Source of the DNA: a virus
Reading direction: 5' to 3' (one strand)
DNA: 64,000 nt
Virus record (IMG/VR): IMGVR_UViG_2595698497_000001
This document shows, piece after piece, positions 37,905 to 50,600 of this stretch (the first letter of the stretch is position 1; every line of letters begins with the position of its first letter). Below the pieces are notes generated by a model. It saw nothing but the letters and a program-made list of their open reading frames with translations. It was not told the DNA's origin and searched no databases. The position numbers and the translations under genes are program-made.

Positions 37905-38843
37905 ATGGCTAATGTATTTGGTGGAAATAGCTCGGGTACTTGTTCTACAAGCAGACAAAATTTGTCCTCTTCTAGACAAACAAGCTCTAGCGGCGGGTCA
38001 GCAAGTTCTTCTCCTAACGTTTTTAGTGGTGGCGGCAATTCTGGAAGTTGTTCTACAGGAGGGCAAATATTATCTGCTCCTAAAACAACAGTTTCAAGTG
38101 CTGGTCAAGTAAGCTCTTCTCCAAATGTTCTTAAAGGTGGCGGCTCGGGTGTAAATAGAGAGATAGATATTAGAGACTATTATACTAGAAGGCAAATTGA
38201 CAAAGCCCTTGCTTCTAAAATAGATAGCACAAGTGTCTATACTAATACAGAAGTATACAATAAGTCCGAAGTTGATGAAAAAATTACGGCTTTAAGTTTA
38301 ACCAATTATGCCACAGATACAGAGCTATCAACGGCAGTTTCTGCGTTAGAAAGCCAAGTAAATAACAACCTTGCGAGTAATTACTATCAAAGTTCTATCT
38401 TATACACTAGGGCTCAGGTTGATAGTTTAATTTCTGGGGTCTCGGTTTCTGGAGATTATGTTTCTAGAGCTCCTTCTTCTATAACAGAAATAACTATTTC
38501 TCCTAGCTCTGCTTCTCTACCTTTTAGTTTACTAGTTAGATCGTCAAATAATACGGAAACAACTGAAGTACAAAGATGGGAAAACACATCAACAGACTTT
38601 CTTGCAGCAATTTATGCTGATGGTAAGGCTAAATTTACAAATTACACAAGTATAGGTGAAAATGTAAGTAGTGGAAATATCGCGTTATTTACAAATAATA
38701 AAAGAGTTTCTGGTGTGGCAAATCCAGTAAGCCCATCTGATGCTGTAAATAAGCTATATATGGAAACATTTATCACAACAACGTTAGATGACGTTATTAA
38801 TGACGTTGATGAAAATTACATAGTTGACGCTTTAGAGTACTAA
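37905..38843 (+). CDS. virion structural/fibre protein
   Basis: Ser/Gly-rich N-terminus, Y(T/N)xx(Q/E)(V/I)D repeats, ANPVSPSDAVNKLY motif. Confidence 0.75.
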   Translation: MANVFGGNSSGTCSTSRQNLSSSRQTSSSGGSASSSPNVFSGGGNSGSCSTGGQILSAPKTTVSSAGQVSSSPNVLKGGGSGVNREIDIRDYYTRRQIDKALASKIDSTSVYTNTEVYNKSEVDEKITALSLTNYATDTELSTAVSALESQVNNNLASNYYQSSILYTRAQVDSLISGVSVSGDYVSRAPSSITEITISPSSASLPFSLLVRSSNNTETTEVQRWENTSTDFLAAIYADGKAKFTNYTSIGENVSSGNIALFTNNKRVSGVANPVSPSDAVNKLYMETFITTTLDDVINDVDENYIVDALEY

Positions 38844-38846
38844 AAT

Positions 38847-40871
38847 ATGCCAAGCCCTTCTACATCTCCAAGAGATATTATTCTCCACAGGAGAACTTCT
38901 GTACACCAAAAAAGACCTCTAACTACTGATATCCAGTACGGAGAGTTGGCCGTCGCATTTAATCAACAAGATCCGGCAATTTATTTAAAAGATCTTGAAA
39001 ATAAAATTAGAAAAGTAGGAGGAGTTTATTACTCTGAAGTAGCACCTGATCCAACTGCAATTTCTTTAGGATACCAAGAACTATCTCATGGAGAAATTTG
39101 GTTAAAAAAGAGGGCAATTCCTGGATCTTCGGATACAAACACAGGAGTAGATATTTACATTTGGAACAAATATTTAAATTCTGGTAGTGGTGACTGGGTA
39201 CTAGTTGGTAGTGGTCTTTATGGCCTTTTAGATGATTATTTAGATCAATTTAAAGACGGAACGGATGGATCTGACTATATACATACTGATCGCAATCAAT
39301 TAAAAATTAATAACAAATCTGCTTTAAGAGGATACGCTACTAACATTCCCAGTGCAGATGAAACGGACACTACAAAGGCTAACACATTAGTTATAAATGA
39401 TGGACATAATTTTGCTACTGGGGTTACCTTAAATGCAAATAATCTTGTTATAGATTCTTCTGACATAGATATAACTTCTGACTCAGTGGTAATAAGCTCA
39501 GACACTGGACTTACTTTTCAGACAGATTCTGTAACTGGTACTCCTGCAACATTTACTTATAATAACCATGGATTATTTAACGGAGAAAAAGTATTTGTTC
39601 TGTCTACTTTGAGTAATGGTGATCCTTCACCACTTACTTCAGGAGAGTATACTATTGCAGACGCCGATTTAAATAGTTTTAAGCTGTTTGACGGATCAAA
39701 TAATGTCCCCTCTTCAGGTAATATACGTATAAATTATTTTCCTCAGATTACTTTAGATAGCTCTTACAATGTAATTCAGTCTGGAAACTTTAAAGTAAAA
39801 GATTTAGATGATACTCCTGACGTTTCTCAAATTGCAGATGGTACTTGGGACGTTTATAAAAATACAACTAGCGGCAACATTAGAGTTTATGCTAGATCTG
39901 GAAATACTGTTTTTCCTCTTGAGGGAGCAAGTGCAGTAACTCTTGAGATAAAAAATGGAGGAGCAAATACTATTGCACAGGCTGACCCAGTTTATTTTAC
40001 TGGAGTAGATCCAATTAAGAAAAGAGTAATTGTAGAAAAAGCAGATGCTGCAAACTCGAATAAAATGAGGGCGATTGGCTTAGCTAATTCTTCTATCCCT
40101 GCGGGTCAGATTGGAATAATTACTATTTTTGGAGAACTAACAAATTTAAATACCTCTGCTATTAACGGCGGCACCTCTGGTGATGACTCGGGCAAAACTT
40201 TATATGTAAAACCAAGCGGAGGTTTAAGTCTTACTCCTACGTTAGTTGCAAATGGCATTAGACAACCGGTAGGAATTCTTGTTAATGAAAGTGCAACTGA
40301 AGGTAGAATTTTTGTTAACCATCCGAATATTAATGAGTCTGAAGCGCTGCCAAGTGGATACATTTGGATTGGATCTACACAAGACACTCAAGCTGCTTAC
40401 AGACTCAATACTAATAACTTTCAAACATTTACAGCCAATGACGGAGAGCTAGAAGTTAATCTTAACGACGAGATTACGTTTGGTGCTTATGGGTTCAGAT
40501 GGGACGGAGATGCTAGAAGTAAGATTCAAACAAAAGTAGATAGATCGGAAGCACCTCAAGGAGTCCCTTCGGCGACAAAAATAGATTCTTTCTCCACAAC
40601 ATATAGATCAGCTAAATTCTTTGTTCAGGCATCTATGCTTGATGCCGGTGGAAGTGCAAATCATCAAATTACAGAATTACTAGTAATTCACAACGGAACT
40701 GATGTATCTATTGTAGATTATGGAACCGCTTCTGTACCTGGAGACAGAATGGGAGATTTTTCTGCTTCCATAGACACAGTTGACAACGAGGTTGATATAT
40801 TTTTTACAAAGTATCCAACAATCTCTAACAGAATTGAAATAAAAGTAGTAAGAACTTCGGTTCTCTCCTGA
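38847..40871 (+). CDS. virion structural/fibre protein
   Basis: YGELAVAFN N-terminus; C-terminal YRSAKFFVQ..HQITELLVIHNG domain of cyanophage fibre-type proteins. Confidence 0.8.
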   Translation: MPSPSTSPRDIILHRRTSVHQKRPLTTDIQYGELAVAFNQQDPAIYLKDLENKIRKVGGVYYSEVAPDPTAISLGYQELSHGEIWLKKRAIPGSSDTNTGVDIYIWNKYLNSGSGDWVLVGSGLYGLLDDYLDQFKDGTDGSDYIHTDRNQLKINNKSALRGYATNIPSADETDTTKANTLVINDGHNFATGVTLNANNLVIDSSDIDITSDSVVISSDTGLTFQTDSVTGTPATFTYNNHGLFNGEKVFVLSTLSNGDPSPLTSGEYTIADADLNSFKLFDGSNNVPSSGNIRINYFPQITLDSSYNVIQSGNFKVKDLDDTPDVSQIADGTWDVYKNTTSGNIRVYARSGNTVFPLEGASAVTLEIKNGGANTIAQADPVYFTGVDPIKKRVIVEKADAANSNKMRAIGLANSSIPAGQIGIITIFGELTNLNTSAINGGTSGDDSGKTLYVKPSGGLSLTPTLVANGIRQPVGILVNESATEGRIFVNHPNINESEALPSGYIWIGSTQDTQAAYRLNTNNFQTFTANDGELEVNLNDEITFGAYGFRWDGDARSKIQTKVDRSEAPQGVPSATKIDSFSTTYRSAKFFVQASMLDAGGSANHQITELLVIHNGTDVSIVDYGTASVPGDRMGDFSASIDTVDNEVDIFFTKYPTISNRIEIKVVRTSVLS

Positions 40872-40881
40872 GCCAATTATT

Positions 40882-40889
40882 GTTTAAAG
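40882..40889 (+). promoter_or_regulatory. GTTTAAAG box (candidate late promoter)
   Basis: Intergenic, 43 nt upstream of ATG 40933. Confidence 0.65.
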
Positions 40890-40932
40890 TCTTAGATAGA
40901 TATTACAATTTGGCACAGGGGAAAGTGAACCT

Positions 40933-41178
40933 ATGGCAACAAATAAGCATTTTCACATCAAGCATGGCTTGACGGTTGGTAGTGGCGTTGATAACAGCGG
41001 TACTGCAACAAGAGAAGTAATTACAAATTCAGGACAATTAGTTGATGTTGGAGCACTTAACTCTCTAACAACGACTAACAAAACAAGCATAGTAGCAGCA
41101 GTCAATGAAGTAAAGGGCCTTGCTGGTCAAAATGCTACTATTGATGACATCATTGCTCTATCTATAGCTCTAGGGTAG
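40933..41178 (+). CDS. small fibre-associated protein
   Basis: LTTTNKTSIVAAVNE motif; IALSIALG terminus. Confidence 0.75.
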   Translation: MATNKHFHIKHGLTVGSGVDNSGTATREVITNSGQLVDVGALNSLTTTNKTSIVAAVNEVKGLAGQNATIDDIIALSIALG

Positions 41179-41187
41179 TATATCATC

Positions 41188-41568
41188 ATGGCAAATACAT
41201 TTAGAGCGTTTACAAAATCTTCTGTAGGTACGTCGGTTGCAACTGCTTATCAAGTCGAGCTAGGAGGGGCATCAACAAAAACAGCTATTGTTATTGGTAT
41301 TGCGTTGTCAAACATTCACTCGTCTCCCATAAACGTAGATGTTCAGATTGATCGCCCGGCGGTCGGAACAACCGCGGCTCCTTCTGATGACGTCTACTTA
41401 GCAAAAAACATCCCAATCCCATCAGGCTCGACTTTAGAAATCATGGCCGGTCAAAAGCTGATCTTAGAGTACAATGCCTCAGCAACGGCTGGGGATAAGA
41501 TTGTGGTGACATCGGACACAGCCTCTTCTCTCGATGTAATTGTTAACGCTCTTGAAATCACTTCGTAA
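41188..41568 (+). CDS. small virion protein
   Basis: MANTF...IPSGSTLE...GQKLIL...SLDV pattern seen beside cyanophage fibre genes. Confidence 0.8.
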   Translation: MANTFRAFTKSSVGTSVATAYQVELGGASTKTAIVIGIALSNIHSSPINVDVQIDRPAVGTTAAPSDDVYLAKNIPIPSGSTLEIMAGQKLILEYNASATAGDKIVVTSDTASSLDVIVNALEITS

Positions 41569-41573
41569 TAATT

Positions 41574-44500
41574 ATGCCACATATCGGTAATCACGTAGAC
41601 GCAATATTTTTACCAGAGTCAGTTAATACTTCGACTACTCTGAAGATTAATGGCGGGGACCTTAACGTAAACAACGGTCAATTTTTTGTTGATCAGAGCA
41701 CAACCAATGTTGGCATAGGCACTGTAACACCATCGACCCTCCTAGATATATACGGAGATGGTGTAAATACAACTCAAATAAGTTTGAGACAGTGGAATAC
41801 TGGAAATGATGGACCAGATATTAGGTTCTTTTGTTCTGGTGGAACTATTGCGTCTCCTGTAGAACCCAATACCGGAGACATACTTGGTAAGGTAAATGCT
41901 TTTGTAAATACCGGGAGTTCTTATGATCAGTTCGGTGGATTTGGGTGGACGTACCGTACCCAAGGTTTTGGGCTTAATATTAATCGTGGGTCTAGTTTTG
42001 CAATTGAAACTAAATCTATTTACGAGACTACCAATTCCGCAAAAATATATATTTCTGAAGAAGGCAACGTTGGAATTGGAACCGCCTCTCCATTTAGAAC
42101 ATTCCAAATTAACGGGTCTTATAACTCTAGCACATCTGAGTATGGAGCACCGAATCAGTGGTTTATAAACTCCTTAAGTTCTGCGTCTGCCGGAACTAAT
42201 CTAGGCTCAATTGTATTTTCCAGAAGTACGGGGAGTACGGGTGCTTCTGCTAAGATCCAGGCTACAGCAACGGGCACTGCAAATGAGACAGATTTGTACT
42301 TTTACAATAGAACCTCTGGCGGAGCTGATAATGTAAATAATTATTTAAATACAACTCCGACTCTAAAGCTCTACCACGACAAAACTGCAGAGTTTGCAAG
42401 TGATGTTAACCTTCCAGATGACGCTAAGCTTCTCCTAGGAACTGACGACGATTTTCAGATCTATTATGATGGCGGCACTGCTCATATAGATAATAACCAG
42501 GGCCAAATTAGGATGAGAGCAGCTTCTGCTTTCTTATTCTATTATGAAGGTAATAGCGGCGTAGAAGATTATGCTAAATTTTTGCAAAATGGAGCAGTAG
42601 AGCTTTATCATAATAATGTAAAGGCATTTGAAACTACCTCTACTGGCATTAATGTGCCCTTAGGTACAATTACTGGTCCTGCCACGCTTAACATTGACCC
42701 AGCTGTTGTTGGAGATAATACCGGAACTGTTGTTATTAAAGGAGACCTTCAGGTCAATGGCACGACCACAACCATCAACTCCACAACGCTTACTGTTGAC
42801 GATAAAAATATTGTATTAGCTTCTGGTGCAGCAAACAGTGCAGCAGCCGATGGCGCCGGGATTACTATCGATGGAGCTAATGCGAGTTTAACATGGGTTG
42901 ATAGTAATGAATCTTTTAAATTCTCCACAAGATTAACAATAGGTAGCGCTACCTCTGCATCCGCCAACTTAAGATTATCAAAAGACGTCGGTGGAGAGAA
43001 CACTACTACGTATTATAGTTTCTTAAACAACGGTCTCGTTCAACCGGATGTAACAGGGACAGCATATTATAACTTTGTTCAAGTAAGAACCGATGGCAAT
43101 AACGGTACAGGATATACAATTTCTAAACTCGAAGGGTACTCGGCCTCTGTCGGAAGCGGTACTATTCATGCGGATACCACGATTACAAATCTTATAGGAT
43201 TTGAGGTAAAAAATACCTGGACTGCAGGAACAAATAACTACGGATTTAGAGGGGAGATAGCTACTGGTACAAATAGATGGAACGTCTATATGGACGGTAC
43301 TGCTCCGAATTATTTTGCAGGTAATGTTGGGATTGGAACTGATAATCCCGATAAAAAATTAGTTGTATTGAGCGATGATAGTGAAGTTGTTATTGATGAT
43401 ACTAATGGAAGTCCTGTATTAAGATTGAGAAATAATGGTACGACAGGTGGAACAGTTGAATTAACTTCATCTAATAGTTTGCGTTTTAGAGCAGGAGGAA
43501 CTACAGAAAGACTTCGCATAACTGCCGATGGTGATTTATTAGTAAATCATGATTCCTCTGACGGCAGTGGTAAATTACAAGTCTTTACTAATAGTCAAGA
43601 TGGCATTGATATCCTTGGATTTTCAAGTGGTGCTACTGCTGGTGGAAGATTAACATTCTATAGAAGTAAAAGTACTGGAGTTGGTAACTTCTCAGAAGTA
43701 GCAGATGGTGACTCCTTAGGTAGAATAGATTGGAGAGGATATAATGATGATGGAACTACTAATAATCTAGGAGCAACAATTGAAGCACTTGTTTCTGGTG
43801 CTGTAAATTCAACAACTGATATGCCATCAGATCTTGTATTTAAGACAAGTCCCGATGGTGGTGCGTCACCAACAGAAAGACTTCGTATAACTTCTGCTGG
43901 TCGGGTTGGTATCGGAACCGATAATCCAGGAGAAAGATTGGATGTTCGTGGAAAAATACGTATCGAAGACGATAGTCCTTCACCAGGATTGCTTATAAGA
44001 GATACTGATGCTAGTGGAGATATTGAAATTTATCAGTATAATTCTGGTGATTTGCAAATTCTAAATAATGCCACTAGCAGAAACATCATATTTCAAACTC
44101 ATAATGGAACATCAGTTGGAGAAAAACTTCGTATAACTTCTGATGGTAGGGTTGGTATTGGTACGGACAGCCCAGCAACAAAACTTGAAATTGCTGGAAC
44201 TGGATCTCCTGCAATTAGAATAAAAGATTTAGATGGAACAAGTCAATTTGGGCAAATTGTTTCAAATAATGGTCTTCTTATAATTGAAAGTAGAAATGAA
44301 AATTCTGATGGTCAAATTGTTTTCCGTGGTAGAGATAATACTGACACCAATGAGTATGGAAGATTTGATGAAGTTGGTAGATTTGGTGTCGGTGTTCAAA
44401 ACCTTAATAGTAATTTACATGTAAAAGGTGGAAGTGAATCAACTGATAATCTTCTTTTAACTTTACAGTCAAATGGAGTTGCAAATGATGGTTCTTTATC

Positions 44501-47500
44501 CACAGGACTCAGATTAATCAACTCTACATCTAATACTTCAGTTCATGGTGCAGATATTAGAGCGATTCGTACTGGTACTAATACTGCTGATCTTACTTTT
44601 TCTCTTTATAATGGTAGTACTCCCCAAGAAGAAAGACTTCGTATAACCTCTGATGGTAATGTTCAATTAAAAACAGCAAATGCTCAATTAGAATGGCAAG
44701 CAGCAAGTGGCGGTGATAATCCTTTCATTAGATCTATTGGTACTGATCAAGAAGCATTAGAATTTAATACCGGTGGATCTTCAAGAGTTCGTATAGGCTC
44801 TGGTGGCAGCGTTGGTATTGGGACGGATAGTCCAGAAGCTCTTTTAGATGTAAACGGAGGTAACCTTGTAGTTCAAAACAGCTCCGGCAATAGCATTACT
44901 CTTAGAACACACGTGGGCAACGGAAACGATAGCCATTTTAATTTTCAAAAATCAAGAGGCGGATTGGGAACAATTGCCGATGTTCAAACCGGCGATCATA
45001 TTGGCACAATTTCTTTCTCAGGGTATTTTGGCGGAGCTTATAATACAGAATCTACCATCACAGTCGAGGTTGATTTAGGTAATCCTCTGAATCCTACGTA
45101 TAGTGACAGGATGTTTTATGATTCTAACGAGCACCGTTTCCGAACTAACGGCTCCACTAGAATTGCAATTTCAGCAGCTGGCTCCGTAGGCATTAACACT
45201 ACCGCCCCATCCGCCCGACTCCACGTGCGTGGTACACAAAATGCTGGTGGTATTCTGGTAGAGGATAGCAGCACGAGCACCCAAGCACCAGCAATTGAAG
45301 TCATTGGAAAGAGACAAGATGGTAATGTTCATCATAGTTTTTCTGGAAAATTACTCTTAGCAAAAAATCGCACGGATGCTAAGATTCAGGGATCCGATAG
45401 CATACTAGGCACTGTTGCATTTGGAGGTAACCACTCTACTGGCAGCACGGGCAACATCTTATATGCTGCGGCTATTCACGGTGTTGCTGAGAATTCTTTT
45501 GATGCAAATAACGACATGCCTACAGGCATAACATTCCGCACTGGTTCCACTGGTCGAAGTGGAGATACAAATAATGTACACATCACAAATGAAAGACTTC
45601 GTATAACTTCTGATGGTAACGTCGGTATTGGAACAAATGCTCCAAGTACAAAACTTGATGTTTTTGGAGCTATCAAAAGTAGCCCAGTTGCCTATGGAAA
45701 CAATCAAGACGGAACTTACCTTATTGCAGGATCAACGTCGTGGTCAGGAGCCACTAGTAACTGGGGGCTTATGGCTTTCAGCACAAAATTAAATCAAATG
45801 CCGGGGGAACCGCAAGAATAACTGTTGATACAATAAGCGGTGAAGCTTTATGTGTATTAAATAATAATCACATTGGAATTGGAACTAATAATCCGCAAGG
45901 AACTGTACACATTTCATCAGGAACTTCCGGTGATTGCGAGCTGATACTTGAATCTGATACAGATAACAATGAAGAACATGACAATCCGAGAATAATATTC
46001 AAACAAGATGGCGGACTAGAAGAATCTGCTATTGAACAATTAAATAATGAGTTAACTCTATCAAATTCTGTTGCTAGTCATGGTGGTATTGTTTTTAAAA
46101 CCGGAACTAATTCCCCTTATACAAATGCAACAGAAAAAATTCGTATAACTCCGAGTGGTCAAGTAGGCGTTGGAGTATCAACTGTTGCTAGAGGGCCACT
46201 CCATATCCACCAAGGAACCACTGGTGATACTCAGATTCACATGACCAACTCTGAGACAGGGACGAGCTCTTCTGATGGTTTTACTATCTTCCAAGGTGCG
46301 GGGTCTAGTGGCGAACAATGCGGATTTGTAAATAGAGAGGAAAACGGAAAAATAAGGTTCATTATGAACACCGGCCCAGACATGGGTGGCAACCCAACAA
46401 TCGAGGATCAGATGGTTCTGCTTAGCAACGGCAACCTTGGAGTTGGCGTCTCTGATCCTACAAGATCACTCCATGTTAGCGGCAATAGTTATATTACAGG
46501 TCGTGTAGGAATTGGCACAACAGAGCATTCGAGCTATTATCTATCTATTAGAAATACCGGCATGGCCACCACCACTGGTGGTGTACTTGTTGACTGTCAT
46601 GACTGGAGCACAAATTCTTCTGAATACGGAATAAATGTTGATATTGATAGCAGCAACCGAACAAACCTAACCACGAACAGAACACACCGAGGCATAAGCA
46701 CTGACATGAGAATCCGTGTCGCCCAAAACGCCAGCAACACTTCTGGCACTAGGCAGTCTGCGTACGGAACGTATAGCAGTGTGCACGTTGATGACACAGA
46801 TAATAACGATGGAAAAATGTATTATGTGTGGGGTTCGTACTCTAGAGGCAGAGTTGATGGTATTAATTGCGCCAATCTAAGAGGTGCTTATAACCTTGCT
46901 CAGTGCGCCGATAACGCCACTGGCCAAGGGCGAACAGTGGATAGTGCGTACGGCACTTATTCCAACATGGTAAATGATGGTAATCAGACCACCATCACAA
47001 ACGCCTATGGAGTATATGCCAACGTAAACCAAGACGACGTCGGTGGTGCAATGACAAACGCCTACGGAGTTTACTCTAAGCTAGACAGGGACGCCGGTAC
47101 CGGAGGAACAGGGCATCTCTTTAGAGGAGACTTTGACGGAACTTGGAGCACTAAGCGTGGCCTTTGGCTTACAGGAGACACGGAAAACTCGGTGAATGGA
47201 ACATTTTCCGCTGCTTCTAAAGACTTTAAAATCCCGCACCCTCTCCCAGAGCTTTCTGAAACAAAAAATTTAGTCCATACTTGTATTGAGGCTCCTGCTC
47301 ACGACTTGATTTACAGAGGAAAATCTGAACTTGTAGACGGCTTTGCAATAATTAATTTGGATACAAAGTTTAGAATGACAGAAGGAACTTTTGTTGCTCT
47401 GAATAGAAAAATTCAATGCTTTACTTCTAATGAATCGGATTGGAGTGCAGTTAGAGGTTCCGTGAGCGGAAACATTTTAACAATTGAATGCCAAGATAGC

Positions 47501-47656
47501 TCTTCTACCGCAACGGTTTCTTGGATGGTCATTGGAGAACGCCAAGATGATAAAGTTAAGTCTATTGTTACAACAGACGCGGACGGCAACCTAATCTTAG
47601 AACCAGATCGTGAACCAGAAGAACCTGATACTGAAAAAGCAGAGACGCCAGACTAA
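41574..47656 (+). CDS. long modular tail fibre protein 1, interrupted by a -1 frameshift (about 2027 aa if fused)
   Basis: Frame 0 (41574..45821) and the -1 frame (open 45761..47656) both encode GIGT/ERLRIT modules; C-terminal KDFKIPHP domain lies in the -1 frame. Confidence 0.85.
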
Positions 47657-47657
47657 G

Positions 47658-47665
47658 GTTTAAAG
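47658..47665 (+). promoter_or_regulatory. GTTTAAAG box (candidate late promoter)
   Basis: Intergenic, 26 nt upstream of ATG 47692. Confidence 0.65.
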
Positions 47666-47691
47666 TAGACTATATATTATAGACAAGCAGC

Positions 47692-50600
47692 ATGGCATAT
47701 ATTGGACGTAATCCGGCCATTGGAACACAGAAGGTATTAGATAGCCTAGAGTCTCAGTTTAACGGAAGCAAAGTAACTTTTGATCTGAGGTATAACTCAA
47801 ACACCATCTACCCACCCATTGCTTCGGCGCTAATTGTCAGCCTTGGTGGTGTTCTTCAAGAGCCTGGTGTAGCCTACACTGTAACGTCTGACACTATTAC
47901 CTTTGCCTCGGCACCTCCGATAGGGACGGACTGCTGGATCTTGCTCTATACAGAGTTTGGAAGAGCGGCAGATAGTGCTACCAATTTTTCTGTATCCAAT
48001 AACCTCACTATTGGCAACGAGCTGCACGGCCCTGCCAACTTTATCATCGACCCCGCCACAATTGGAGATAATACCGGCACGGTGGAGATTAAGGGCAACC
48101 TAACGGTCCAGGGTACCCAGACCACTGTTAACTCCACGACGGTCGATCTTGATCATCTGTCCCTAGGAGACGGCGAAATTGCAAATTTTGGCACTGACAA
48201 CGATCTTAGGATATATCACTCTGGCAATGTTTCTAGAATTTATGATACTTCAACCAACTTACAGATTGCCGGCAGCATAGTCGAATTACGCAATTCTGGG
48301 ACAAATGAGGTGATGATTGCCGCCTATGAAGACGATAGGGTAGAGCTTTATTATGACAGTAGCAAGAAACTTGAAACAACAAATACTGGTATTGATGTAA
48401 CTGGTCACACTGAAACTGATACCTTAAATGTTTCTGGTATTTCTACATTCCAAGGTAATGTTCATCTTGGAGATAATGACAGATTAAGAATTGGTGATGG
48501 AAATGATTTAGAGTTGTATCATGATGGAACTGATGACCTCATTCGCAGTTCTGGAACTACTCTTAAAATCACAGGAACTAGAGTTGTAGTAAACAATGCT
48601 GCCAATAATGCAAATCAGGCAGTATTTACTGCTGGTGGATCAGTAGCACTCTACCATAATGCATCCAAAAAATTTGAAACCACTTCTTCTGGTATTGATG
48701 TAACAGGACATACTGAAACTGATACCTTAAGAGTTTCTGGTATTGCTACCTTTACAGGATCAGAAACCAACTTTGAAGGATTGACAAAGATAACACGTAC
48801 AAACGACGGACAGGCATTACAGTTAATAAACACCAGCAATGCTAATAATGCTTATGTGGATCAACGATTTAACATTGATGGACATTCTAGAGCTAGTATA
48901 AGGGGGCAGATATTCGGGGCAAATTTAGGTGGATTACTAAGATTTTATACTGCTGCTAATTCACAAGTACTCACAGAAAGAGCAGTTATTGATTACAATG
49001 GAAGATTTGGAATAAACGTTACTTCTCCAACAGAGACTTTAGATGTTGGAGGAACTACTCAAACTCAACAGTTAAATGTAACTGGTGTTTCTACGTTTGC
49101 TAATACTATTTCTGTTGCTGAGACAATTCAACACACAGGAGATACTAATACCTCTATCAGCTTCCCTTCTAATGATTACATTAGACTTACAACATCTGGT
49201 TCCTCTAGACTTAATGCTACTCCAAATGGTTACATTCTATTAGGAACAAATAGTGAACCTTCTGGTGGTGATGCTCATGCACGAAATGCAAGGCTAGTTG
49301 TTCAAGGAAGAATTGGCAATACTGCTGATAGTGGCCGTCTTAATCTGCAACGTGGATCATCTACATCTAATGGCTCTAGCATTGGAAGTATTACTTTTAC
49401 TGATAATAGTAATAATGCTTATGCAAGAATTGAAACATTAGCTGATGCTGCACCAGGAACTAATGATTATCCAGGTAGAATTGTTTTCAGCACCACACCA
49501 GACGGATCTGCATCACCAACAGAAAGCCTTCGTATAACTTCTGCTGGATATGTCTCTATTCCAGATGATAGTGGTAGATTTACTGCCGGTAGTAGTAATG
49601 ATCTGCAAATTTATCATGATGGAAGTAATAGCTATGTAGAGGATGTAGGAACAGGTGCTCTCATCATGAAGGGAAGTACTGTTCGTATTAGATCCACTAC
49701 TAACGAGAATATGCTTAGTGCTTCTCAAAATGGAGCAATAAGTCTTTATTACGATAATAGCGTAAAACTTGAAACAACATCTACTGGTATTGACGTAACA
49801 GGGAAAACAGATACTGATACTTTAAATGTCTCTGGTCTTTCTACACTCCAAGGAACTCTTGAATTTGATAGCACTTTGCAAAGTTATGATCCGGCTGGAG
49901 GTGGGGGATCCGACACATCAACAAATGCAGCAATTGCTCTTCCTAGTGGAAAACAAATTGTTGGAGTTGACGATGGATATATTAGAAGCTTATTAAGCTG
50001 GAGTGATAGTAGTAATATCATAATAGGACAACAAAACACATCTAAAATTCAAGGCATTCAATTAAAACCGGGAACTAATGCTGGAGTCGGACTTCATTAT
50101 GGTGGAAGTGGTGATAATTTAAAATTTAGAACCACGTCTACTGGCGTTGATGTACTTGGGACCATAACTGCATCTAGTGATGGTTCAAACCCTATAATAC
50201 TTGTCAAAGGCAGCGGTCCTAACTTTATTCGATTTGCATCTGACTCAAGTGGAACTGTAGACGCTGACTCGATAGATTTTGTATACAGAGCAACTCCTAA
50301 TACATTAGGATTTGAAAGATCGTCTGATGGAACAACTTTTTGGACGACTGATGCCGATACAGGAGTAACAAACTTTAACTATACTCCGACAGTATCTGGT
50401 AGTAGTATTTTTAATGCTTCTAACTTAAACGCCGGAACAATTCCTGATGCCCGCATACCGGATGTAATCACACCTACTACCAGAGTCCAAACACAGGAGA
50501 TACGCGCCAACGGTACTCAGCTTGTACTTAATGCTGGTGAAGCTGCTGGTAAATTTTCAGGTCAAACCGCTGAAAAGATCTACCTCAACTCTGAGGGCGG

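Noticed and set aside
43880..43890. ACTTCGTATAA in the fibre repeat matches part of the loxP arm (ATAACTTCGTATA)
   Set aside because: There is no inverted second arm (TATACGAAGT) at 8-bp spacing and no Cre-like gene in the window, so it is not called a lox site.
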